Shown here: in pieces, positions 55,108 to 63,614 of the stretch
Layout: each line of letters starts with the position of its first letter
How positions within the stretch are numbered: position 1 is the stretch's first letter
Notes under the pieces: model-generated
What the model was told of the DNA's origin: nothing
The model's input: the letters and a program-made list of their open reading frames with translations, nothing else
The model's database searches: none
Assembly (NCBI GenBank): GCA_019247455.1
Contig: JAFAOW010000173.1
Location: forward strand, 191 to 64,190
Reading direction: 5' to 3'
DNA from: Acidobacteriota bacterium
Lineage (GTDB): Bacteria > Acidobacteriota > Blastocatellia > Pyrinomonadales > Pyrinomonadaceae
DNA: 64,000 nucleotides
Program-made: the position numbers and the translations under genes

Positions 55108-57073
55108 TCTTCTTCGTGCTTCCTAAATATTTCCTTCTGTCGAGGGCCGCGGTGAGACGGCCGTTTTCCCTTGAATTCTTTTCTCCGGGTTTCGTCGGCT
55201 TCGTAGCAGGCGCCGTGTTCTTTGCTTTTGGAGAGTCCTTTCCACTGTCCTTTTCATTCGGCCTTTTCGGGGGCGCCGGGACCTCACTCTTCTGTTGAGC
55301 TAGCGTGCTCTCCTGCTTCAAAGGTGCGTCTTGCGGCACCTTCATCTCGGTGAGGATCTGCTGGGCGACGTCCGCGAAGACAGGTGCCGACACCATTCCT
55401 CCGTCACGAGCCCCCACCTTCGGTTCGTCCATCACTACCTCGACCAATATTTGCGGATCGTTAGCGGGAGCCATCCCGATAAATGATGAGACATATTTGC
55501 TCGCGTCCACGGATTTGGTGATGGTGTTGACCTTCCACGCAGTGCCTGTTTTGCCGGCAACGGTATAACCATTTAGTTGTGCTCTCTTGCCGGTACCAGT
55601 GAGCACGACCTGCCTCAGCATCACCTTGAGATCGCGCACAGTGTCAGCCGTAACCACTTGTGTTTGCTGCGGTTGCGTAACACTTTTTGGCTCCTCATCC
55701 GAACGCCTGATTTCCTTGATGATATGCGGCTGGACCCGAATTCCGTTGTTCGCTATCGTCGCAAAAGCTGATGCCATTTGCAACGGCGTTACGTTTATTT
55801 CATAGCCGATCGACATCGACGCAAGCGAATCGCCATTCCACTTTTCAGGCGAGCGAACGATCCCGCCGGATTCGGCTGGAAGCTCGACGCCTGTTTTCGC
55901 TCCAAAGCCCATCTTCTGGATCATCGCGTAGAAGTCATCCTTGCCTACGCGCATCCCCGTTTTGATCGCTGAGATGTTACTCGACACTGCAAGCGCTTGA
56001 GCGTATGTCATCGAGCCGGTGTGGTGGTCGGTGAATTCATGATTCGCGACGGTGATCGTGCCGTTTCCTGCATCGATCATGTCCATGGGCAAGAATAAGT
56101 GCTTCTCGAGAGCGGAGCTGTATGTTACGAGCTTGAAAACCGAGCCTGGCGAGTACGAAGACTGCACCGCGTTATTCCCGATCGCGTCCCGCTGCGCCTG
56201 CCCGACGTTATTCGGATCGAACGTCGGCAGATTGGCCATCGCAAGGATCTCGCCGGTTTTCGGGTTCATTACTATGACTGTCCCCGATTTCGCTTGCGCA
56301 TTCTGCACGCCACGCGCAAGGGCTTGCTCCGCGATGTACTGAAATCCAGTGTCTATAGTTAGAACGATGTCACTCGGCCTTTCGCGCTCGTACTCGACCT
56401 CGTCGTAAACTCGTCCAAGGCGGTCGCGTTGCTGAACTGTTTTAATGATCGCACCGTGAAGGAGTTCGTCCTGCGACTGCTCGATCCCCGCCTGGCCGTC
56501 ATCCGAGTCATTTGAAAAACCGATCACTTGCGACGCGAGCGACTCGTAGGGGTATTTGCGCTTTTGCTCGTCGCGCCAGTGAAGGCCGGCAAAATTGGGA
56601 AGGTCCGCCTTTCTTAGCTCGGGAGTGTCAAGGACCTTATTTATCTTTTGAGCCACGTCCTCATCTAACTTCTTAGCGATCGGTACGAATCGCTTATTGC
56701 TTTCTTTGCCCTGTCGAATATTGGCTGCGATCTGGTTCGCATCGAGCTTGAGCGTTTTAGCAAGCGTCTTCGCAGTACCGTCTATATCTGCGATCTCGGT
56801 GGGATCGGCATAGAGCGTCTTGACACGAACGCTCATCGCAAGGGCGCGCTCGTTGCGGTCGTAGATAGTTCCGCGAAGCATCCTGGCCTGCTTCGTATCC
56901 TGGCGAATATCTAGCGCCTTCTCATCAAGCCATGCGTGCTGCGTTACCTGTAGGTGAACAAGCCGCGCTCCGATGCCTCCTATCCACAAGACAAAAACCG
57001 CGACAACCAGCATGAATCGAGTAAATGCCACTTGCCGCTGATCCCTCTTTTTCGGCCGTCGCGTATTTTTCAT
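55097..57073 (-). CDS. ftsI: division transpeptidase FtsI (class B PBP) with Lys/Pro-rich C-terminal tail
   Basis: N-terminal TM anchor, SxxK (SVFK), SxN (SSN) and KTG (KTGTA) motifs, plus a C-terminal low-complexity extension of about 90 aa. Its position follows ftsL. Confidence 0.93.
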   Translation of the reverse strand: MKNTRRPKKRDQRQVAFTRFMLVVAVFVLWIGGIGARLVHLQVTQHAWLDEKALDIRQDTKQARMLRGTIYDRNERALAMSVRVKTLYADPTEIADIDGTAKTLAKTLKLDANQIAANIRQGKESNKRFVPIAKKLDEDVAQKINKVLDTPELRKADLPNFAGLHWRDEQKRKYPYESLASQVIGFSNDSDDGQAGIEQSQDELLHGAIIKTVQQRDRLGRVYDEVEYERERPSDIVLTIDTGFQYIAEQALARGVQNAQAKSGTVIVMNPKTGEILAMANLPTFDPNNVGQAQRDAIGNNAVQSSYSPGSVFKLVTYSSALEKHLFLPMDMIDAGNGTITVANHEFTDHHTGSMTYAQALAVSSNISAIKTGMRVGKDDFYAMIQKMGFGAKTGVELPAESGGIVRSPEKWNGDSLASMSIGYEINVTPLQMASAFATIANNGIRVQPHIIKEIRRSDEEPKSVTQPQQTQVVTADTVRDLKVMLRQVVLTGTGKRAQLNGYTVAGKTGTAWKVNTITKSVDASKYVSSFIGMAPANDPQILVEVVMDEPKVGARDGGMVSAPVFADVAQQILTEMKVPQDAPLKQESTLAQQKSEVPAPPKRPNEKDSGKDSPKAKNTAPATKPTKPGEKNSRENGRLTAALDRRKYLGSTKKIET

Positions 57074-57090
57074 GGAGAGAACCCTAGTGC

Positions 57091-57567
57091 CTATTCAGCT
57101 GCGGTTGTAACGACCGCCTTCTTGACGGAGTTCTTGATCGGATCGGACTTGAGCGAAAGGGTCGTCGTGACTGGCAGTGCCTTCTCGATCGAAGCCGTCT
57201 TTACGACCAGGGGCTTCGCTTCTCCCGAGACAGGAACCTTTGCGCTGGTTTTCGCCACGATCTCCTGCGCAGGCAGTTCTGCTGTAGCTACAGCATTCAA
57301 ACCCACCTTCTTGGCGACCTTCGTGAGCTCGGACGGTGCCAGCGACATTTCCCGCGCTAGGATGAGCCTGCGTTTTTCTGCCTCAAGCTCATCGATCTGC
57401 TTCCGGAGGCGGGAATTCTTCATCCCATAATCCATCGAAGAAAAATGCTGCCTGCCGGCAATAAAAAATCCCGATATCAGAACAAGCCCGCAGACCACCA
57501 TTGGTCCATAAACACGAAATCGCCTAGGCTCACTGGCCGTCTTTTTCACATTTTTCTTCATCCTCAC
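57091..57567 (-). CDS. ftsL: cell division protein FtsL-like
   Basis: A small bitopic protein with TM helix MVVCGLVLISGFFIAG followed by a coiled coil (LRKQIDELEAEKRRLILAREM). It lies between rsmH and ftsI. Confidence 0.8.
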   Translation of the reverse strand: MRMKKNVKKTASEPRRFRVYGPMVVCGLVLISGFFIAGRQHFSSMDYGMKNSRLRKQIDELEAEKRRLILAREMSLAPSELTKVAKKVGLNAVATAELPAQEIVAKTSAKVPVSGEAKPLVVKTASIEKALPVTTTLSLKSDPIKNSVKKAVVTTAAE

Positions 57568-57577
57568 CTCCGTCGGA

Positions 57578-58540
57578 CTAATTGAGCTCTCGCTCGAGTT
57601 TTTGTACCGCCCGCAGCTTCGCGCTGCGCGAACGCGGATTTTGATCCGTCTCTTGTGCGCTGGGAACGATCGGCTTTTTCGTCAGTATCTCGACCGATTT
57701 AACAGCGCCGCACACGCATTTCGGCATTCTCGGCGGACATGAGCACTTGCCCGAGAGCCGCTGGAAGGCCCGCTTCACGATCCTGTCTTCCAAAGAGTGA
57801 AACGTTATGATCGCGAGCCGTCCATTCGTTTTCAAAAGATCAACAGCCTCTGAAATAAAGCCGTCCAGAATTTCAAGTTCGCCGTTTACGGCGATACGCA
57901 GTGCCTGAAAGGTCCGCGTCGCGGGATGTATCCGGTCCTTCTTATTGAAAGGAACAGACCGCTTCACCAACTCGGCAAGCTCGGAGGTCGTCATGACCTG
58001 CTCGCCAGCTTCCCGCCTTTCAATGATCCGCCGTGCTATCCGGCGAGAATGCCTCTCCTCACCGTACTGATAAATAATGTTCGCGAGGCTGGTCTCGTCT
58101 ATTCGTTCGAGCAGTTCGGCCGCTGTCTCACCGCCGCCCGCCGGGTCCATCCGCATATCAAGCGGAGCATCATATCGAAAGCTGAATCCCCTATCGGGCG
58201 AATCCAGTTGCATTGAAGACACGCCGAGATCTGCGATAATACCGTCGACCTTCCTTTCGCCGACTACCGAGCGAATGTCGCTGAAATTTGCCTGTACGAT
58301 TTCGACCCGCGTACCGAAGCGTTTCAGCCGTTTCCTCGCGAGATCGATCGCTGCCGGATCTTGGTCGAGGGCGATCACCTTTATCTCACGAGAAACTTCT
58401 AGCAAAGCCTCTGTATGCCCCCCGAGGCCGAGCGTGGCATCGACAAAAACGCCGCCATTTCGTGCGCCGACCACCTCGACCGTCTCGCCAGGCAGCACAG
58501 ATAAGTGCGCGGTTTCTGGGCCGGTCTCAGCCATATTCAA
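57578..58540 (-). CDS. rsmH: 16S rRNA (cytosine1402-N4)-methyltransferase
   Basis: Blocks VDATLGLGGH, DLGVSSMQLD, FHSLEDRIVK and NPRSRSAKLR. The start is TTG at 58540 or ATG at 58534. Confidence 0.95.
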   Translation of the reverse strand: MNMAETGPETAHLSVLPGETVEVVGARNGGVFVDATLGLGGHTEALLEVSREIKVIALDQDPAAIDLARKRLKRFGTRVEIVQANFSDIRSVVGERKVDGIIADLGVSSMQLDSPDRGFSFRYDAPLDMRMDPAGGGETAAELLERIDETSLANIIYQYGEERHSRRIARRIIERREAGEQVMTTSELAELVKRSVPFNKKDRIHPATRTFQALRIAVNGELEILDGFISEAVDLLKTNGRLAIITFHSLEDRIVKRAFQRLSGKCSCPPRMPKCVCGAVKSVEILTKKPIVPSAQETDQNPRSRSAKLRAVQKLERELN

Positions 58541-58870
58541 AGAGCAGAAAAGTACCTTGGCGCATGCATTTCTGCGCTTAAGAGCTTAAACAAGAATTTT
58601 AGTTTAGTGCGTGATACCCAAAAGACGATCTGGGATTTGCTCAAACAAAATGAATTCTACGCTGTCGTTTTCATTGCTGTCAACAATTTATTTGCGAATT
58701 ATCTTAAACGCGCGTTTAAATATCACGCATATTCCGAGTAACGGAAGAGATCACGAAAAATTTCCTCAGTGAATTTCGTGTCGGTCCTCTGCTATCTGTC
58801 TGCTACGGTTTCGATCCCTGTCACAGATTGCGCGAAGCCGTCTCTACGGCAAAACGAACGCATAACTGAG

Positions 58871-58912
58871 TTCTCGGCTCTCATTTCTCAGCTCTCAGTT
58901 CTCATTTCTCAA
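58871..58912. repeat. heptanucleotide tandem repeat, 6 units (YTCTCRN)
   Basis: TTCTCGG CTCTCAT TTCTCAG CTCTCAG TTCTCAT TTCTCAA, ending 23 nt upstream of the GTG start of the ZIP transporter gene. Confidence 0.9.
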
Positions 58913-58935
58913 TTCATCCTTTATCCTTATTCCTC

Positions 58936-59739
58936 GTGCTGACGACGCTCATCATCTTCGGCCTGATCGCCGCCGGGGCCAACATCCTCGGCGGCCTTTC
59001 GCTCGTTCCCCCGAGGCTGCAAAGCAATTATCGCCGCTTTTTGAAGTACCTTCTCGCCCTCGGCGCCGGGTTCATGCTCGCGGTGACGCTGTTTGAGATC
59101 CTTCCGAAGACGGTCGTCCTGTGGCAGCAGAAGAGCGGAATGGACGTAGAAAGCCTCTCCATGCCGATGGTCCTGCTGCTCGCCGGCTACCTGCTGACTC
59201 AGTTCGTCGAACACACGATCGCCCCGCACTTCCACCTTGGCGAGGAAATGCACTGTGACGACGACGAACACCATCACGCGTCTCTGTCGACCTCATCCGC
59301 CTACACAGCGGTTGGGGGCCTGCTCGTTCACACGTTTTTCGACGGAGTTACGATCGCAGCGGCGTCGCAGATAGATGCGAAGGTCGGCGTGCTCGTTTTC
59401 ATCGCCGTCCTGCTGCACAAGTTTCCCGAGGGGTTCACCATCGGCTCCATGGTGCTCGCCGCGGGAAAAGGAAGCCGCGAAGTGATGGTTACGACCACTC
59501 TGCTCGGACTAACGACCTTTCTGGGCGTTTTGATCTTTTATTTTGTAGGAGCTGGCCTGCCGTCCGTCACTGCATACGCCCTGCCCGTCGCCGGCGGCGT
59601 CACACTTTACGTCGCGGCCAGCGACCTCATACCCGAGGTCAATCACCACGGTGGCCGGAATGCCCTCGTATCGCTCGCCATCTTCGCAGGAGTAGGACTG
59701 TTCTTCGCTACGCACGAACTTCTCCATTCCGCATTCTGA
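58936..59739 (+). CDS. ZIP family divalent metal transporter (ZupT-like)
   Basis: HKFPEGFTIG signature, a His-rich loop (HFHLGEEMHCDDDEHHH), and about 8 TM helices. GTG start without a recognisable Shine-Dalgarno. Confidence 0.85.
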   Translation: MLTTLIIFGLIAAGANILGGLSLVPPRLQSNYRRFLKYLLALGAGFMLAVTLFEILPKTVVLWQQKSGMDVESLSMPMVLLLAGYLLTQFVEHTIAPHFHLGEEMHCDDDEHHHASLSTSSAYTAVGGLLVHTFFDGVTIAAASQIDAKVGVLVFIAVLLHKFPEGFTIGSMVLAAGKGSREVMVTTTLLGLTTFLGVLIFYFVGAGLPSVTAYALPVAGGVTLYVAASDLIPEVNHHGGRNALVSLAIFAGVGLFFATHELLHSAF

Positions 59740-59807
59740 CGTAGCGCGGCCAATTCGTCGTAGCAATGCGCCAGCGTGGGATCCATGACTGGCATAAGGC
59801 TCGGAGG

Positions 59808-60143
59808 CTATTTCCCTTTTAGCACCCCTGCCGCCTTTTCGACCAAATATCCGAAGACGTAGATTACCGCGGCGTTGACCATGGCAAAGATACTGTGTTC
59901 CACCAACAGGATCACGTCATCATGCTTGTGCGAAGCGACGTCGTAAGTAACGCCGGTGATACCCGACTTGACCACCAGCTCAGGCACGAACCACGACCAC
60001 GGCAGCGTCAGCACCTCATATCCGATAACCGCGATCAAATTGAACCTGTCGACTAGCAGGTAATATCCCAGACATAAGGCGACCGTGAGCAAATAGACCC
60101 CGGTCAAGATCCATCCGACCTTTGACTTAAAGAATCCTGCCAT
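59808..60143 (-). CDS. small integral membrane protein, unknown function
   Basis: RBS GAGGAG upstream of the ATG, and three hydrophobic helices (WILTGVYLLTVALCLGYYLLV, LIAVIGYEVLTLPWSWFV, IFAMVNAAVIYVFGYLV). Confidence 0.6.
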   Translation of the reverse strand: MAGFFKSKVGWILTGVYLLTVALCLGYYLLVDRFNLIAVIGYEVLTLPWSWFVPELVVKSGITGVTYDVASHKHDDVILLVEHSIFAMVNAAVIYVFGYLVEKAAGVLKGK

Positions 60144-60270
60144 TAGCTCCTCTCGCGTCTCTTTAGAATCTTCGGTTTTGAGAATATAGCACGGAGGATC
60201 GGATCACATGCTAGTTTTCTGAAACATTCGGCATCGCTTGTCGTAAATCAGAGCGGAGGTTAACAGCGAA

Positions 60271-60477
60271 GTGCGAGAGCCGATCTTGGCAGGAATATTG
60301 AGTTTACTGGTTCCCGGCTTGGGTCAGATATACAACGGCCGGATCCTGGCAGGGGTCCTTTGGCTGCTGCTGACCGGGGTTTCGTGGATCGGATCGGTCG
60401 GCTTCTTTGGGTGGGTGGTCCATCTGATAGCCGCTTGGTGTGCTTACAGTTATGCTAAGCAAAATCCCGTGCGTTAG
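60271..60477 (+). CDS. small two-TM membrane protein (PGLGQIYNG motif)
   Basis: 68 codons from a GTG, with two hydrophobic helices. The LVPGLGQIYNG motif is common in small bacterial membrane proteins. It is followed by a terminator hairpin. Confidence 0.55.
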   Translation: MREPILAGILSLLVPGLGQIYNGRILAGVLWLLLTGVSWIGSVGFFGWVVHLIAAWCAYSYAKQNPVR

Positions 60478-60504
60478 CTGATACCTTTCATGCGATCCTC
60501 CTCA

Positions 60505-60534
60505 GGGCCCGGCGAATGTCGGGCCATTTTCTTT
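60505..60534 (+). terminator. rho-independent terminator
   Basis: GGCCCG-gcgaatgt-CGGGCC followed by ATTTTCTTT. Confidence 0.65.
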
Positions 60535-60753
60535 AGAATTTCAACGCAGACGCCGCAAAGGGAGCACAGAGGAACAGGGTCGTTGCTAGGGATATAAGGA
60601 ACGAATAGGTAGAATTGGGCATTGTTTGGAAGGCGGGTTTATTGGTAATAACGGTCGACTTACGCCCTTACTAACGCGCGGGCTTATGCAATGAAAGGCT
60701 TTCGAGTGAAGCCCTTACTAGCCGGGGGGCGACTGCCACGTAGCAGCGTATTT

Positions 60754-60785
<32 letters not shown>

Positions 60786-60788
60786 TTT

Positions 60789-61391
60789 ATGGTGAGAGAG
60801 GGCATCCCATTTGTATTGATACCGGTTTTGATCGCCGCCTTTTTCGGCTGGTTTTTGATCTGGCCGGCGGCCGTTTTCTTTGCCGCCCTCGCGCTGTTTA
60901 TGCTGTATTTCTTTCGGGATCCCTCTCGCGAGGTACCGCAGGAACCAGGCCTGATCGTTTCTTCCGCAGACGGCAGGGTCACGCGGATCGATGATAATGG
61001 TGACGCAAAGGTCGTGAGTGTTTTCCTTTCCCCGCTCGACGTTCATGTCAACCGCTCGCCGATCGCTGGCACCATCAAACAGATCATTTATTCCGAGGGA
61101 CGCAAAATGCCTGCGACCCGCGATGAAGCTTCCCTACTCAACGAACGCAATTCCCTCGTCATCGAGGGCGACGACGTCACTGTGACCTGCACGCAGATTG
61201 CCGGAATCCTCGCGCGACGCATTGTCTGCTGGCCTAAAGAAGGTGATAAACTCGGGCGTGGCCAGCGGTTCGGGTTGATAAAGTTCGGATCGCGGACCGA
61301 CGTCGAAATGCCGGCTTCGGCAGAGATTCTTGTCAGTATCGGCGACCGCGTCAAAGGCGGCGAAACTATCATAGCCCGCTTCAATAAATAG
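60789..61391 (+). CDS. psd: phosphatidylserine decarboxylase proenzyme (short type)
   Basis: N-terminal TM helices, then RDPSREVP, SSADGRV, FLSPLDVHVNRSPIAG and the self-cleavage-site block IKFGSRTDV (G-S). Confidence 0.9.
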   Translation: MVREGIPFVLIPVLIAAFFGWFLIWPAAVFFAALALFMLYFFRDPSREVPQEPGLIVSSADGRVTRIDDNGDAKVVSVFLSPLDVHVNRSPIAGTIKQIIYSEGRKMPATRDEASLLNERNSLVIEGDDVTVTCTQIAGILARRIVCWPKEGDKLGRGQRFGLIKFGSRTDVEMPASAEILVSIGDRVKGGETIIARFNK

Positions 61392-61392
61392 C

Positions 61393-62256
61393 TTGGACGA
61401 TAACGAAGAACAGAAACCTCCGCTGCGCGGACTGAAGAAAGGACTCTACGTCATCCCGACGCTTTTCACCGCGGCGAATGTGGCGATGGGCTACCTGGCG
61501 GTGCTCTCGTCGATACGTGGCTTCTCGGTGTACGCGACAGACCCTGTGCTGGCATCGAGTTACTTTAACAAGGCCGCGTTGGGCATCGGATTGGCTATCC
61601 TTTTTGACACGGTGGATGGGCGAATTGCCCGCGCTACTCGCACCGCTACTGAAATAGGAGTTCAATTCGATTCACTCGCAGACGTGCTCACGTTTGGCAT
61701 CGCCCCGACCGCGCTTCTGTACGCGTGGGCGATCGCTCCCGTGTTCGGTGAAATGACGCCGATGCATGGGCTCGGCGTATTTCTGCTTTTTGCATATCTG
61801 ATGTGCGGAGCGTTCAGGTTGGCAAGATTCAATCTGCAGGCTACTCGGCCGGTAAAGTTGATCGAGGGCGCCACAAAAGTCGATAAGAAGGCGTTCGTTG
61901 GACTCCCGATACCTCCGGCCGGCGGATTGATCGCGGCACTCGTGCATTTCTCGCCAATGCCGATGAACGTTAAGGGTGATCCCACCGCGACCTATTACGT
62001 ATACGCGTTGATGGGTCTAGTCGCTGTCCTGTCTGTTCTCATGGTGAGCACGATCCGCTATACGAGTGCGAAATCTTCCAGCTCAGGACGTCCCGCCTTC
62101 CTCTTGGTGATCGCCATCGCCGCGGTCGGAATGGCCATTTGGCTGTTCTCGGAGTACGTGCTGCTTGCTCTCGCCGCCGTTTACGTTTCACACGGTGTGA
62201 TCTGGTGGCTGATCAGGCCTTTCTTGGTGAGGCCGACGCCAGCGAAAACCAGCTAA
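61393..62256 (+). CDS. pssA: CDP-diacylglycerol--serine O-phosphatidyltransferase
   Basis: CDP-alcohol phosphatidyltransferase motif DTVDGRIARATRTATEIGVQFDSLADVLTFG (DGx2ARx8Gx3Dx3D) in a polytopic protein. The TTG start lies 1 nt after the psd stop. Confidence 0.9.
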   Translation: MDDNEEQKPPLRGLKKGLYVIPTLFTAANVAMGYLAVLSSIRGFSVYATDPVLASSYFNKAALGIGLAILFDTVDGRIARATRTATEIGVQFDSLADVLTFGIAPTALLYAWAIAPVFGEMTPMHGLGVFLLFAYLMCGAFRLARFNLQATRPVKLIEGATKVDKKAFVGLPIPPAGGLIAALVHFSPMPMNVKGDPTATYYVYALMGLVAVLSVLMVSTIRYTSAKSSSSGRPAFLLVIAIAAVGMAIWLFSEYVLLALAAVYVSHGVIWWLIRPFLVRPTPAKTS

Positions 62257-62258
62257 GC

Positions 62259-63608
62259 TCATCCTCGCGCCGAGATCGGCGTAACGCTGCCGCGTTTTCG
62301 TTTTGAGGAGATAGGGTCGTGAACGTCGTCCTCGAACTCGCGATCCGCCGCGACGAGCATTGCAAGCAACGTTAGAAAAAGAACTGATACTGCCGTTATG
62401 TGCAGCACAAAGTCGAAAAGACTGTGTGTCAGTATCGCGACGCATCCGGCGAATGATCCAGCGGCAGCACCTCGGCGGGCAACATTCCCGACCCGGGTCG
62501 ACCGGCGTCCCTGCCGGACGAACAAGAATAGGAACGTTGCGCCAAGAGCGACTCCGACAAGCCCCGCGTCCGCGGCGATCTGCAGGTAATCATTATGAGC
62601 CTGCTGCACGCTCCATTCCCCGCTGTCGGGGTCGAATTTCGTGTATGCCTGTTGGAACGCGCCGAGCCCGGCGCCGAAGGGCGTGTGAGCCTTAATGACC
62701 TCGAGCGTCGTGGCCCAGATCTTAAAACGATTTGCGGAAACATCTTGCGAATTTGCTTCTGCCGCGATGCGGGTGAGAGTCGTTTCGCCGCCGACGAAGA
62801 TAGCCCCACCGATCGCCCCGATCAGTAGTAGGGCGGAGAGAGAGATCTTTAACAGCAATCCTCGGCTTCCTTTCGCCCTGTTGGTTGCGACGACCAATAC
62901 AACGACCTCTACAAAGAAGGCAACGAACCCCCCGCGTGAGCCGCTCAAAAGAAGCGCTGCTCCCATAAGTGCGATGGCCACGATGTAAAGCATCTTTTTG
63001 TCGCGCTCGACCGCTCCCGAAAAGAGCATTCCGAGCGGCAACGCAATGAGCATCTCGATGACCGCCGCGAAATCGTGCTTGTTGACGAAAGACCCAAACG
63101 GGCGGCCAAGGGGTTTGTAAATTCCGAATATTGCGTCTGGACTCAGCACGGATTGGAGGATCGCGTAAAACGAGTAACCAAACCCGAAAACGATTAGAAA
63201 GGTCCGCAGTCGATGCATTCTTGTCGCGGAATCCAGGCACGAAAGAGCGATGCAAAAGAACGCCGCCAGTACAAAAAGGTGAAGAGCAGTGAGCTGGGTC
63301 GAGAAGGGATCGAGCGAGATCGTTCGGGGGTACGAGAGACCGTCAGAACCGGAAACGGTTCCGAAAGGGATGATCTGGATAACCGCGTACAGACCGAGCA
63401 GCACGAGCGGCAGCTGCAAGTTTGATCGGCTGATCCGCAAGCTGCCTTTCAGTGTCCCGTCGAGCGTGAACAAGACGGTCATACTGGCGACGATCACATA
63501 AAATCCTGCGATGACCGGCGGGTGCACCGCACCGTACAACATCGTCGTCAAGAAAATCGACGAGCAAACGATAAGGAAGATCGCAGTACTGAGGCGGCTC
63601 GGTTTCAA
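62259..63608 (-). CDS. O-antigen ligase (Wzy_C) family membrane protein
   Basis: About 10-12 TM helices, with LLLSGSRGGFVAFFVE and a periplasmic loop carrying HNDYLQIAADAGLVG, typical of the O-antigen ligase/polymerase family. Confidence 0.8.
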   Translation of the reverse strand: MKPSRLSTAIFLIVCSSIFLTTMLYGAVHPPVIAGFYVIVASMTVLFTLDGTLKGSLRISRSNLQLPLVLLGLYAVIQIIPFGTVSGSDGLSYPRTISLDPFSTQLTALHLFVLAAFFCIALSCLDSATRMHRLRTFLIVFGFGYSFYAILQSVLSPDAIFGIYKPLGRPFGSFVNKHDFAAVIEMLIALPLGMLFSGAVERDKKMLYIVAIALMGAALLLSGSRGGFVAFFVEVVVLVVATNRAKGSRGLLLKISLSALLLIGAIGGAIFVGGETTLTRIAAEANSQDVSANRFKIWATTLEVIKAHTPFGAGLGAFQQAYTKFDPDSGEWSVQQAHNDYLQIAADAGLVGVALGATFLFLFVRQGRRSTRVGNVARRGAAAGSFAGCVAILTHSLFDFVLHITAVSVLFLTLLAMLVAADREFEDDVHDPISSKRKRGSVTPISARG

Positions 63609-63614
63609 ATTGAT

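Noticed and set aside
58505-58741. A 78-aa plus-strand ORF in the rsmH upstream region, considered as a possible mraZ remnant.
   Set aside because: It is on the wrong strand for the dcw operon, overlaps the rsmH start, and has no MraZ (SpoVT/AbrB-like DxxGR) motifs. It is AT-rich sequence that happens to lack stops.
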